From Dehalococcoidia bacterium (GTDB lineage Bacteria; Chloroflexota; Dehalococcoidia; GIF9; UBA5629), in the NCBI GenBank assembly GCA_050011565.1, contig JBEKIW010000004.1, forward strand, positions 113,522 through 177,521: a DNA stretch of 64,000 bases, read 5' to 3'. Position numbers and translations under genes: made by a program. This document shows positions 10,138 through 22,080 of this stretch, piece after piece (position 1 is the first letter of the stretch; each line of letters begins with the position of its first letter). The notes beneath the pieces are model-generated. The model was not told where the DNA came from. It searched no databases and saw only the letters and a program-made list of their open reading frames with translations.

Positions 10138-11133
10138 ACTTGTCGCCGACATAGGCCGGAGCATATCGGCCGCTAGGACTACCGCTGCCGATGTCCAGGT
10201 TGGCTTTTCTTCAGGCCAGATCTCCTTGGTTGGCAATGCTATGCCGTAGAAGTAGGCGCCGTCATCATCCCGCAACTGGTGAATCCAATTATAAACAGTT
10301 GCCGAGTCTTTGTATTCGCCGTGTACAGCCAGGGCAATAGACAGCTCACTTGTTTCAGCGGCCGTGACCCATCCCTGTTCCAGGCTACAGAGACAGCCAA
10401 ATCCATCGATGACGAATTTATCCCACCAACTGGACAAACGACGCTTGGCATCGTCGCCGTCGACGACACGGCACATCGCCGGGTAATACCAGTCCATAGC
10501 AAATGTAAATCTATTTTCCTGCGGTGTGGTAAGTACACAGGGCAGTTTATTAATTGCTTTTACCAGAGCGGCATTTGCCATTTTCCAGTCAGTTCTGTCC
10601 TCCTCCAAGATTGAGGCAATAGAAAGAGCGCTCTTAATACTCAAATATGTTGAGCTACAACTACTTATTAATGCCGTGGGATATATAGTGCCGGCGCTAT
10701 CTCTAGCCCAGTAGATTTCGCCATTAGGTCCTCTCATATCTAGTACGAAGTCGATAGCAGCCCGTACAGCCGGCCACACCTTCTTGAGAGAAGCAACATC
10801 ACCGGTGCTCAGGTAATGGTGCCATACCCCTACGGCAATATATGAAATGCTATGTGAAACCTTGTAGGTTTCAAGCGGTTCACCATCTTTGTACGACGCA
10901 TACCAGCTCCCATCCTCAAGTTGAATTTCGGATAGCCACTCATAGGCTCGCCGTGCTTCGCCATGAAAATTCCCCACATCTAACGCCATCGCGTTTTCAA
11001 CATGTGTCCACGTGTCTGTAATCCCCCCCTGGAACCAGGGGATTGAGCCATCTGCCTGTTGTACGTCCACTATGGAGCCAACCGTAGGGTTCAGATATTC
11101 TCGTGAGAGATAATTATCAAGCTTCAACGTCAT
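10102..11133 (-). CDS. Prenyltransferase/squalene-oxidase-repeat (alpha/alpha barrel) protein
   Basis: QxxDGS(W) repeats, DTWTHVENAMAL, AMDWYYP and WPEEKPTWT motifs. Overlaps the convergent methyltransferase by 36 bp. Confidence 0.75.
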   Translation of the reverse strand: MTLKLDNYLSREYLNPTVGSIVDVQQADGSIPWFQGGITDTWTHVENAMALDVGNFHGEARRAYEWLSEIQLEDGSWYASYKDGEPLETYKVSHSISYIAVGVWHHYLSTGDVASLKKVWPAVRAAIDFVLDMRGPNGEIYWARDSAGTIYPTALISSCSSTYLSIKSALSIASILEEDRTDWKMANAALVKAINKLPCVLTTPQENRFTFAMDWYYPAMCRVVDGDDAKRRLSSWWDKFVIDGFGCLCSLEQGWVTAAETSELSIALAVHGEYKDSATVYNWIHQLRDDDGAYFYGIALPTKEIWPEEKPTWTSAAVVLAADMLRPMSATSLLLDHHGLAIP

Positions 11134-11159
11134 TTGGATTGCTCCTTAGGTATTATATC

Positions 11160-12410
11160 TTATTGTGCCTTAAAACTCCTTTGGCGCTCAATAGCTTCTC
11201 CATAGACCTCAGCGGTATGTACAGCGGTGTTTTTCCAGTTAAACATCCCCATTACACGTCTATGTCCCATTTCAGCGAGGTGTGTGCGCTTATCCGGGTT
11301 ATCCAGCAGGCCTGAAATTGCCTGGACCAGCGCACCGGTATCAGCCGGAGGTACGAGTATGCCGGCATCTCCAACAATCTCGGGTAGAGCGCCGGCAGTT
11401 GTCGAAATTACGGGTGTTCTACAGCACATGGCCTCAGCCGCCGGCAAGCCAAACCCTTCGTAGACAGACGGCACCACCACCATTGTAGCCGTGGAGTAGT
11501 GCCGTACCAGTTCATCGGTGGCTATCTGACCTAGATGCGTAACGCAATCAGCTATACCTAAGCTATCGATTAGGCCCTGCGTGTAGCCGTTTTTCATTGG
11601 CTTCCCGACTATAGTGAGCTCTATTTTTCGTTCTAGCTTTAATGCGGCCACAGCTTCCAGCAGGTATTTCAGCCCTTTCAAAGGTGTATCTCCGCTGTTG
11701 ATTACAAGCAGGCGATTTATCGAGCGTTTAGTGTCCGTAGCTTGATTGAATACGGAGCTATCAACCCCGTCATAGATTACCCGGAGACTATCCTCCGGCA
11801 ATTGGAAAATGTCGATTATCTGGCGATAAGAATTTTGAGAGCCGGTTATGAAGTGCGAAAGTTTCTTAGCCACTTTAATTTGCATATTAGCAAACGCGTA
11901 CCATCTCCTGATACCCATTTTTTGCCATAAGGACTTAGCTGCTTTGATAGCCAGGTCCCGGTCGATGGCAATAGGGTGATGAATGGTGGTTACTACAGGA
12001 ATACCTAGTTCCTGTATTTTGGGTATGCTGTAAGACAAACTCTGATTGTCGTGAATGACGTCATATTTCTTATACCGGTTGCCGTTTCGTAAATAACTAT
12101 AGGCACGCATGCCGAAGGTAAGTGGCTCGGTAAAAAATCCACAGCATTCACCCAGCCATTCAACGAAGTTAGGCGAGGAGGTTAGTCTTTTAGGATTTAT
12201 TAGAAAACGTTGCTTTTCCGGTAATGAATACAGGTCGAGGCTGGGCAGTTTGATTAGCTTTATGCCATCATCAAGTTCCGGGTAGGGTGGGCCGGCAATT
12301 ACCTCTATATCATGACCGAGTTCTCTAAGAAAACGACTTAGATAGCGGACGTAGATGCCTTGTCCGCCTGAATAGCGATAACATCTATAACTGAGCAAGC
12401 AGATGTGCAT
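11160..12410 (-). CDS. Glycosyltransferase family 4 (paralogue 2)
   Basis: SGGQGIY, HDNQSL, HHP and PSVYEGFGLPAAEAM motifs. Confidence 0.93.
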   Translation of the reverse strand: MHICLLSYRCYRYSGGQGIYVRYLSRFLRELGHDIEVIAGPPYPELDDGIKLIKLPSLDLYSLPEKQRFLINPKRLTSSPNFVEWLGECCGFFTEPLTFGMRAYSYLRNGNRYKKYDVIHDNQSLSYSIPKIQELGIPVVTTIHHPIAIDRDLAIKAAKSLWQKMGIRRWYAFANMQIKVAKKLSHFITGSQNSYRQIIDIFQLPEDSLRVIYDGVDSSVFNQATDTKRSINRLLVINSGDTPLKGLKYLLEAVAALKLERKIELTIVGKPMKNGYTQGLIDSLGIADCVTHLGQIATDELVRHYSTATMVVVPSVYEGFGLPAAEAMCCRTPVISTTAGALPEIVGDAGILVPPADTGALVQAISGLLDNPDKRTHLAEMGHRRVMGMFNWKNTAVHTAEVYGEAIERQRSFKAQ

Positions 12411-12468
12411 TTGACAATTCGCCTGAATGTAAGGTTATCAAAGCAAAGAAGCACAAAAATCCGAGGAC

Positions 12469-12497
12469 ATTTTACCTGTGTTGGCTAGATATATCAA
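12469..12497 (-). promoter_or_regulatory. Sigma70-type promoter of GT4 paralogue 2
   Basis: TTGATA-N17-TAAAAT on the minus strand. The same boxes occur upstream of paralogue 1. Confidence 0.6.
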
Positions 12498-12601
12498 TAG
12501 GCTGTAAGGGTCAGGTACGTTGGTCACTCTTTGGCCTTCTTCCCGGCCAGCGACGCGACTTTCAATATGTACCCTTTTTTACTGCCTCTCGCGAAAAGAA
12601 A

Positions 12602-13852
12602 CTAGGCATTCCTATTCATGTATTTTTGGAAGTCGATTGCCTCGATATAGACATCCGCCGTGTGTTTGGCTGTATTCCGCCAGTTGAACCTCTGTACTAT
12701 CCTGCGTCGCCCTATCTGGCTGAGGTGTTTACGTTTGTCCGGGTTGACTATAAGCGTCGAAATGGCATTGACAAGAGCTTTCGCGTCGGCTGGTGGCACC
12801 AGTATACCGGCGTCCCCCACAACCTCAGGCAGGGCGCCGGCAGTTGTCGAGACTGTCGGAGCGCCGCAAGCCATGGCCTCAGCAGCCGGTAAACCGAAAC
12901 CTTCATACACCGACGGTACGATTACCAGCCCGGCCAGTCGGTACTGGTTCACAAGCTCAGGAGTGTCAATCTCATCGATGAACTTTACATAATCTCTAAT
13001 GCCAAGCGTATTGATAAGTCTCTGCGTAGTGCGGTTATCTGTTCCTTTTGCCACTACTATTAGCTCAAGGTCGTGTTTCTGACGCAGTACAGCCAGCGCT
13101 TCCAGCATAAATCTTAGACCTTTGACGGGTGTATCTCTGCTGATAACAACCAGGAGCCTGTTATCGAGGCGGGAAACCTTTGTAGACGGGCTGAAAATAT
13201 CGGTGTCAATCCCATTGTATACGACCCGTAGCTTGTCTTCAGATATTCTGAACGTGTCAGCGATATGCTGGCGGGCAGTCTGTGAAACCGTAATGATGTG
13301 AGAAAGCCTGCGAGCTACTTTCATCTGCATGTTGATGAAGGAGAACCATCTCCTGAGGCCTAACTTATCTTTAAGTGAAGTTGCTGACTGAACGGCTAAG
13401 TCACGGTCAATGGTCACCGGGTGATGGATGGTTTCGACAACAGGCAATCCGAGTTCCTGAATTTTAAGGATGCCGTATGACATAGTCTGATTATCATGGA
13501 TGATGTCGTATTTATTGTTTCCACCCTGACGCATAAGGTCGTAGGCTCGCATACCGAAGGCCAGAGGTTCCGAGAAGTAACCACTCATGGTGCCCGCCCA
13601 TTCGACCAGGCTGGCATATGTATTTAATTTTCTGGGATCAATGAACAGGCGTCGCACGGATGACATTGAGTAAAGGTCAAGGCTCGGCAACTTAATAAGT
13701 CGCACTTCGTCGTCCAATTCGGGATAGGGTGGTCCAGAAACCACGTCAACCTGGTGACCGAGGTCGCGCAGTGACCGGCTTAAGTAGCGAAGATAAATGC
13801 CCTGGCCTCCTGAATAGCGATAACTTCGGTAGCTAAGCAAGCAGATACGCAT
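12602..13852 (-). CDS. Glycosyltransferase family 4 (paralogue 1)
   Basis: Same motifs and same length (416 aa) as 11160..12410. Tandem duplicate. Confidence 0.93.
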   Translation of the reverse strand: MRICLLSYRSYRYSGGQGIYLRYLSRSLRDLGHQVDVVSGPPYPELDDEVRLIKLPSLDLYSMSSVRRLFIDPRKLNTYASLVEWAGTMSGYFSEPLAFGMRAYDLMRQGGNNKYDIIHDNQTMSYGILKIQELGLPVVETIHHPVTIDRDLAVQSATSLKDKLGLRRWFSFINMQMKVARRLSHIITVSQTARQHIADTFRISEDKLRVVYNGIDTDIFSPSTKVSRLDNRLLVVISRDTPVKGLRFMLEALAVLRQKHDLELIVVAKGTDNRTTQRLINTLGIRDYVKFIDEIDTPELVNQYRLAGLVIVPSVYEGFGLPAAEAMACGAPTVSTTAGALPEVVGDAGILVPPADAKALVNAISTLIVNPDKRKHLSQIGRRRIVQRFNWRNTAKHTADVYIEAIDFQKYMNRNA

Positions 13853-13909
13853 TTACACTAACCGCCTCAATATTAAACAGAGTCGATGAAAAACAGAAAA
13901 ACTGATGAC

Positions 13910-13938
13910 ATTTTACCCGTGCCTGCCACGCTTATCAA
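13910..13938 (-). promoter_or_regulatory. Sigma70-type promoter of GT4 paralogue 1
   Basis: TTGATA-N17-TAAAAT on the minus strand. Confidence 0.6.
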
Positions 13939-13955
13939 AATGTATTCGCGGATAG

Positions 13956-14522
13956 TCACAGAATATGTGTCAGGAGGACTCTGAGGCCAATGGCAATAAG
14001 AATGACGCCCCCTATAGCCTCGGCGTATTTACCTAACCAGGTACTTACTTTTCTCCCCAGTGTAAAGCCGGCTATGGTGACGCCGAAGGCCACCACTCCA
14101 ATGATTGAGCAAGCGATAGCGATGTTTACCTCAAGAAAGGCAAATGTCAGTCCGACTGCAAGGGCATCTATGCTCGTGGCAACTGCCAGAGTCACCAGAA
14201 TAAGGCCTTTGCTAATGTCGACTCTCTTTTGACTGTCCGAGTGATGAAACGATTCCCATATCATTCTGCCTCCGACTAGCGCCAGCAAAATGAAGGCCAC
14301 CCAGTGGTCGTAGCCTGAGATAAAATTTACGACAGTCCGTCCTGCCAACCATCCCAAAGCCGGCATAATGGCCTGGAAAGCTCCGAAGGTAGCTGCAGTA
14401 CGCAGTATTGGGGCGAAAGAAAAGGTTTTTATGTAGATACTGCCGCTAAGGGCTACAGCAAAACAATCGGCAGACAACGCCAGGGCAATTAGCAGGATAG
14501 ACAGAATATCTAATTCAGGCAC
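13956..14522 (-). CDS. mntP: Manganese efflux pump MntP family
   Basis: ALSADCFAV, FQAIMPALGW and ATSIDALAVG motifs. Six TM segments. Confidence 0.9.
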   Translation of the reverse strand: MPELDILSILLIALALSADCFAVALSGSIYIKTFSFAPILRTAATFGAFQAIMPALGWLAGRTVVNFISGYDHWVAFILLALVGGRMIWESFHHSDSQKRVDISKGLILVTLAVATSIDALAVGLTFAFLEVNIAIACSIIGVVAFGVTIAGFTLGRKVSTWLGKYAEAIGGVILIAIGLRVLLTHIL

Positions 14523-14573
14523 AGTCCAATAAGTATGCCATCATATAACTGAATATGGCAACGTCATCATTGC

Positions 14574-14993
14574 CTATTCGCCTAAAAGCTGCAGCACAAT
14601 TTCCCTTGACCTGGCGCGGTTATCAAAGTCAACTACTATAATTTGCTGCCAGGTTCCCAGCATCATTTTCTTATTGGCAAAAGGCACGACCAGTGATGGG
14701 CCTTGAAGTGAAGCTCTCACGTGGGAGTATCCGTTGCCGTCTCCCCATCTCTGATCATGCTGGTAAGCAATGTTCAAAGGCGCACTCCGGTCCCACATGT
14801 CTTTGTAATCATTGAGCACCCCGCTCTCATACTCAATAGTGGTTACGCCGGCTGTTGACCCGGTTATGAAAATGGTCGCTATTCCACTATTTATATTGGA
14901 ATTTTTTATTTCTTTGGCAATGTCAGCGGTTATGTCTATCATATCGCAATTTCCTTTAGTGCTGATGTGTATGGTTTTGCTCTGCGTGGTCAT
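14574..14993 (-). CDS. yjbQ: YjbQ family (secondary thiamine-phosphate synthase-like, UPF0047)
   Basis: GSTAGVTTIE, GNGYSH and LGTWQQI..DFD motifs. Start moved to ATG 14993 (GGAGG upstream, ATGA overlap with the pyrK stop). Confidence 0.88.
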   Translation of the reverse strand: MTTQSKTIHISTKGNCDMIDITADIAKEIKNSNINSGIATIFITGSTAGVTTIEYESGVLNDYKDMWDRSAPLNIAYQHDQRWGDGNGYSHVRASLQGPSLVVPFANKKMMLGTWQQIIVVDFDNRARSREIVLQLLGE

Positions 14994-15778
14994 ATTCTTA
15001 CCTCCTCCAACAGAACTTCGTCCAGGTTGAAAACAGGGCCATCTCGGCATACCTGTTTCATACCCTTTTTAGTTTTTATGCTGCAAGCAAAGCAAGCTCC
15101 TATACCGCACCCTATCCTTACTTCCAGCGATACTTGAATTGAGTTCTTGCCCCGCCATTGTTTACTTTGTTTGGCTATCGACTGGTACATGGCTAACGGT
15201 CCGCAGGCGTAGACTTGGTCAGCCCAATCAACATATTTAGGTAGTACGTCGGTTACCTTTCCTTTCTCTCCATAGCTGCCATCTTCGGTGGTAATAAGCG
15301 TCTCGATTCCCTCCGGCAAGAGTTCCTTAGGGTACAGTACCTCCTTCGTGCGGGCGCCTAGGAGCAGATTCACAAGCTTGCCGTTGCGTAATGCTTTTTG
15401 AGCCAGGAAGACCAAAGGGGCGATACCTATACCGCCAGCTGCCAGCAGTATTTTCTTTGATGCCGGCTGGACAGAAAAGCCGTTACCCAGAGGTCCAAGC
15501 AAGTCCAGCTTTTCACCTTTCCGGCGTTGTGAAAGCCAATGTGTTCCCGCACCCACGACGGCGAAAAGAATGGAGATTTGATTCGGGTCAACCCCGTGAA
15601 TGCTCAGGGGACGGCGCAATATGAGTTCTCGGCCGCAACTTATGGTAACGAATTGCCCCGGTCGGGCCTCTGCAGCAATATCAGGAGCTTCAACTCGAAT
15701 GACATGATGCCCTGGCATTAACTCAATGTTAGAGATAACGGTAGCCAAGACCTGTTTCAATTGGTTCGGCCTTTCCAC
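14990..15778 (-). CDS. pyrK: Dihydroorotate dehydrogenase electron transfer subunit
   Basis: PGQFV, LRRPLS, GPLGNGF, GGIGIAP and the 2Fe-2S motif CGIGACFAC...VCRDGPVF. Confidence 0.93.
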   Translation of the reverse strand: MERPNQLKQVLATVISNIELMPGHHVIRVEAPDIAAEARPGQFVTISCGRELILRRPLSIHGVDPNQISILFAVVGAGTHWLSQRRKGEKLDLLGPLGNGFSVQPASKKILLAAGGIGIAPLVFLAQKALRNGKLVNLLLGARTKEVLYPKELLPEGIETLITTEDGSYGEKGKVTDVLPKYVDWADQVYACGPLAMYQSIAKQSKQWRGKNSIQVSLEVRIGCGIGACFACSIKTKKGMKQVCRDGPVFNLDEVLLEEVRI

Positions 15779-15787
15779 TCACTAAGT

Positions 15788-18700
15788 TTACTGGATGTCG
15801 GCATGATAGCTTTGCAGGGACTTAACTTCCAGTTTACCATTTCGATATGCAGCTATGCCCTTGGCGGCGGCTACGGCAGCAGCCAGTGTTGTTATATATG
15901 TTACCTTATGCTTAATTGCGGTCTTGCGGATGTACGAATCGTCATATTTGCTCAGCTTCCCGCTAGGAGTATTGATTACAAGCTGAATTTCTTTGTTTTT
16001 GATGCCGTCGGCGATATTGGGCCGTCCTTCATGCATCTTGAGTATCAGGTCAGACTTGATGCCGTGTCTGGCTAAAAATCTGTGAGTGCCGCGTGTTGCC
16101 TTAATTTTAAAACCAAGCTCGGAGAACCGCCTGGCTACTTCCAGTGCCGCTGGCAAGTCCTTGCTGAACAGGCTTATCAGTGCAGTTCCCTCGATGGGGA
16201 GTATTTGTTGTGCCGCTACCTGTGCTTTAAAGAAGGCCAGGCCAAAGGAATTAGCGATTCCCAGTACTTCTCCGGTCGATCGCATTTCCGGTCCCAGAAT
16301 AGGGTCCACCTCAGGAAACATAGGAAACGGGAATACTGCTTCCTTGATGCCGAAGTGGGGGATACGGCGTTGTTTGAGATTAAGCTCTGAGAGCGTCTTA
16401 CCTAGCATGATCTGGGTTGCCAGACGCGCCATGGAGATATTACATGCCTTCGAGACCAGCGGTACTGTTCGCGATGCTCGGGGATTGGCTTCCAGCACAT
16501 AAAGAATATCCTTCGCTATGGCGTATTGAATATTCATAAGGCCTATCACGTTAAGCTCTGTGGCGATTGTCCTGGTATATTGGTTGATAGTATCGATATG
16601 ATGTTGAGGTATGGTGACAGGTGGGATGACACAGGCAGAATCACCCGAATGGATGCCAGCTAGCTCGATATGCTCCATGACTGCGGGCACGAAGGCATCA
16701 GTCCCATCGGCTATAGCATCAGCCTCCGTCTCGATGGCATTTTCCAGGAATTTGTCAATCAAAATAGGGCGGTCAGGTGTTACGTCTACTGCTGCAGCGA
16801 CGTATTCTTTCAGCATAGCCTCATCGTGTACTACCTCCATGCCGCGACCACCGAGCACGTATGACGGCCTGACCATTAATGGATACCCGATTCGTTTAGC
16901 TACCTTGAGTGCTTCCTTCAAATTGCTGGCCATGCCGGACTCCGGCATTGGAATTTTAAGCTTTTGCATCATTTGGCGGAAACGGTCTCTATCTTCGGCA
17001 AGGTCTATCGTTTCAGGCGACGTGCCCAAGATTTTGACACCGGCTTCGGCTAACTCGTTAGCAATGTTCAGCGGTGTTTGGCCGCCGAACTGGACTATAA
17101 CACCCTGTGGCTTTTCCTTTTCATATATACTCAAAACATCTTCAACGGTGAGTGGTTCGAAGTAGAGCTTATCTGAAGTGTCATAATCAGTTGACACTGT
17201 TTCGGGGTTACAATTGACCATGATAGTCTCGTATCCTTCATCCCGCAGTGTAAAAGCTGCATGAACGCAGCAGTAGTCGAATTCTATACCCTGGCCGATG
17301 CGGTTAGGCCCGCCGCCCAACACCATTACCTTGCGCCTGTGGCTGCTTGCGGTCTTGTCCGGTGCGTTGTAGGTTGAGAAGTAGTAGGCTGCATTTTCGA
17401 CGCCGCTGACCGGCACAGGCTCCCAGCCTTCAACTACCCCGAGTAAAGTGCGTTTCCGGCGAATCTCTTTTTCCGGCACGTCGAGAATCTGTGATAAATA
17501 GCGGTCTGAGAATCCATCTTTCTTGGCTTGTGTAAGCAAAGCCTCCGGCAGTGTCTTGCCCCTGTATTTGAGGATTTCCTCCTCCAGTTCTACGAGCTCC
17601 TTCATCTGGTCGATGAACCAGGGCTTAATGTAGGTCTTCTCGTAGAGTTTCTGAACATCCGCGCCTTTGCGCAGAGCCTCATACATTATGAACTGTCGCT
17701 CGCTGGTTGCTTCGTTCAGCATAGCCATCAGCTCGTCCAGGGACTTCTTGTGAAAGTCCCGGGCAAAACCGAAGCCGTATCGACCGTTCTCCAAAGAGCG
17801 GACTGATTTTTGAAGTGCTTCCTTGTATGTTTTACCTATGCTCATAACCTCGCCAACGGCGCGCATTTGAGTGCCGAGTTTATCTTCGGCATCCTTGAAT
17901 TTCTCGAACGCCCAGCGGGCGAATTTTACAACTACGTAATCACCTGACGGCGTGTACTTCTCCAGAGTGCCGTCACGCCAATAGGGGATTTCATCGAGTG
18001 TCAAGCCGGCAGCCAACTTGGCAGAAACGAAGGCGATGGGGAAGCCGGTTGCCTTAGAAGCCAGCGCCGATGAGCGGGAAGTCCTGGGGTTTATCTCAAT
18101 CACCACCACACGGCCTGTTTTGGCGTCGTGCGCAAATTGAATGTTGGTGCCACCTATAACGCGTATTGCCTCCACGATTCTATAAGAATATTCCTGGAGG
18201 CGTTTTTGCAACTTCGTATCGATGGTGAGCATGGGAGCCACACAAAAAGAGTCCCCGGTATGAACACCCATGGCATCTACGTTTTCGATAAAACATACGG
18301 TAATCATCTGGTTTTTAGAATCGCGGACTACTTCCAGTTCCAGCTCTTCCCACCCCAGAACTGATTCCTCCACCAGCACCTGCCCGATAAGGCTCGCCGA
18401 AATGCCTCGGCTAGCAACGGTGCGTAATTCTTCAACATTGTAGACCAGGCCACCGCCGGTACCTCCCATGGTATAAGCTGGGCGGATAACTACTGGATAG
18501 CCGAGCTCAGCCGCGACCTTTTCTGCGTCCTCTACGCTGTAGACCGCCTGGCTTTGAGGCATTTCTATGCCCAAGCGGTTCATTGTCTCCTTAAAGGCGG
18601 TACGGTCCTCACCGCTTTTAATGGCGTCGACATCGACACCAATGACTCGGACTCCATATTTTTCAAGGACTCCCGAACGTGCCAGCTCAGAGCTGAGATT

Positions 18701-18988
18701 AAGACCTGTTTGGCCACCCAGGTTTGGCAGCAGGGCATCAGGCCGTTCCTTTTCAATAATCTGAGTCATCATTTCCAGATTGAGAGGTTCAATATAGGTG
18801 ACGTCTGCCATTCCCGGGTCGGTCATAATAGTCGCCGGATTTGAATTCACCAGTACAATTTCATAGCCCAGACTTCTAAGTGCTTTACAGGCTTGAGTTC
18901 CGGAATAATCGAATTCGCAGGCCTGCCCTATTACGATAGGTCCGGAGCCGATAATCATCACCTTTTTGATGTCGTTACGTCTGGGCAC
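15788..18988 (-). CDS. carB: Carbamoyl-phosphate synthase large subunit
   Basis: GSGPIVIGQACEFDYSG, HTGDS, EINPR and GPNRIGQGIEFDYC motifs, plus a C-terminal MGS domain. Confidence 0.98.
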   Translation of the reverse strand: MPRRNDIKKVMIIGSGPIVIGQACEFDYSGTQACKALRSLGYEIVLVNSNPATIMTDPGMADVTYIEPLNLEMMTQIIEKERPDALLPNLGGQTGLNLSSELARSGVLEKYGVRVIGVDVDAIKSGEDRTAFKETMNRLGIEMPQSQAVYSVEDAEKVAAELGYPVVIRPAYTMGGTGGGLVYNVEELRTVASRGISASLIGQVLVEESVLGWEELELEVVRDSKNQMITVCFIENVDAMGVHTGDSFCVAPMLTIDTKLQKRLQEYSYRIVEAIRVIGGTNIQFAHDAKTGRVVVIEINPRTSRSSALASKATGFPIAFVSAKLAAGLTLDEIPYWRDGTLEKYTPSGDYVVVKFARWAFEKFKDAEDKLGTQMRAVGEVMSIGKTYKEALQKSVRSLENGRYGFGFARDFHKKSLDELMAMLNEATSERQFIMYEALRKGADVQKLYEKTYIKPWFIDQMKELVELEEEILKYRGKTLPEALLTQAKKDGFSDRYLSQILDVPEKEIRRKRTLLGVVEGWEPVPVSGVENAAYYFSTYNAPDKTASSHRRKVMVLGGGPNRIGQGIEFDYCCVHAAFTLRDEGYETIMVNCNPETVSTDYDTSDKLYFEPLTVEDVLSIYEKEKPQGVIVQFGGQTPLNIANELAEAGVKILGTSPETIDLAEDRDRFRQMMQKLKIPMPESGMASNLKEALKVAKRIGYPLMVRPSYVLGGRGMEVVHDEAMLKEYVAAAVDVTPDRPILIDKFLENAIETEADAIADGTDAFVPAVMEHIELAGIHSGDSACVIPPVTIPQHHIDTINQYTRTIATELNVIGLMNIQYAIAKDILYVLEANPRASRTVPLVSKACNISMARLATQIMLGKTLSELNLKQRRIPHFGIKEAVFPFPMFPEVDPILGPEMRSTGEVLGIANSFGLAFFKAQVAAQQILPIEGTALISLFSKDLPAALEVARRFSELGFKIKATRGTHRFLARHGIKSDLILKMHEGRPNIADGIKNKEIQLVINTPSGKLSKYDDSYIRKTAIKHKVTYITTLAAAVAAAKGIAAYRNGKLEVKSLQSYHADIQ

Positions 18989-19005
18989 AAAGTACCTCCG
19001 CTTTT

Positions 19006-20333
19006 TTATTCTGATTTATAGACTACCTGTCCGGCCGCTATAGTTATTCGCACTTTGCCTTTAAAATGGCAACCGTGGAAAGGCGTGTTCTTCCCTTTAG
19101 AAGCGAAGTCACTTTTGTCGACCACCCATTCCTTATTCGGGTCGAAAATGGTGACATCAGCTCGGCAGCCTGGCTTAAGCGACCCAAGTTCTCCAAATCT
19201 GGTGCCGATAATTCTGGCTGGCTCGAATGTGAGCTTAGATATTATAGTCTTCAGGTCTAGCCGGCCGTCTTGCACCAGGCTCATCAGGCAGGCGAAAGCT
19301 GTTTCTAAGCCACTGATACCGAAGGCTGCCAGCCCGAACTCGCACATTTTGTCTACCAGAGTATGAGGAGCATGGTCAGTGGCAATGGCATCGATGGTGC
19401 CATCCTTCAGCCCCTGGATTAGAGCAGTTATATCTTCTTTGGTCCGCAACGGCGGGTTGACTTTGGCGTTGGTGTCATATGTCAGTTGTTTGTTCTTTTT
19501 TAGCTGGCCGCCCATTACTCTCTCTTCAGTCAAAGTCAGGTGGTGGGGAGTAACTTCGGCAGTGACTGCCATGCCTTTCTCTTTGGCACGGCGGACAAGT
19601 TCTACCGAGCCCTCCGTGCTGACATGGGCAATATGGAGCCGGGCGCCGGTCATCTGTGCCAACGATATGTCCCGTGCAACCACGATCTCCTCAGCAGCTT
19701 TAGGCATACCCTTCAGCCCGAGGCGAGCCGACACCCAGCCATCGTTCATAAAGCCGCCATCGCTTAATTCCTTATCCTCGCAGTGGTCAATAATCGGCAA
19801 ACCCAGGGACTGGCTGTAGTCCATAGCCAGGGACATAATCCGTGAGCTGGCTACCGGGTTACCGTCGTCACTGAAACCGATAACTCCGGCCTCAGCTAGC
19901 TCGTTCATTTCAGTCAGCTCTTTGCCCTGCCTGGCTTTGGTTATGCAGCCTATCGGTAGCACCTGAACTATTCCCTCAGCTTCAGCCACCTTCTTTACAT
20001 AATCTATGGAAGCCTGACTATCAATTGGTGGATTTGTATTGGGCATACAGCAGACGGTGGTAAACCCGCCTTTAGCTGCCGCTTTAGTGCCGGTGCTAAT
20101 AGTTTCCTTGTCTTCAAAGCCTGGCTCGCGGAGATGGCAGTGCAGGTCAATGAATCCAGGACAGACAACAAGGCCCGTGGCGTCTATAGTCTTTAAGTCG
20201 GAATGATTTGGTGCTGTTCCTTTATCCCCAATCCAGGTGATTTTGCCTTTGGCGATGAGCAAATCGGCAACTTTATCTATTCCTTGACCAGGGTCGAGGA
20301 TACGGCCGCCGCTTATTAGTAGGGTAGCAGCCA

Positions 20334-20334
<1 letters not shown>
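19006..20334 (-). CDS. pyrC: Dihydroorotase
   Basis: PGFIDLHCHLREPG, MPNT, HIAHVS, KVNPPLR and ATDHAPH motifs. Confidence 0.97.
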
Positions 20335-22016
<1,682 letters not shown>

Positions 22017-22080
22017 CTCACTTACATCACAGTATAACATATTGGGGGCGGGGATGCAATAAGCCTGGCGGCAGGAATCG

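Noticed and set aside
14523-14573. yybP-ykoY manganese riboswitch upstream of mntP
   Set aside because: The intergenic gap is only about 50 nt and lacks the consensus.
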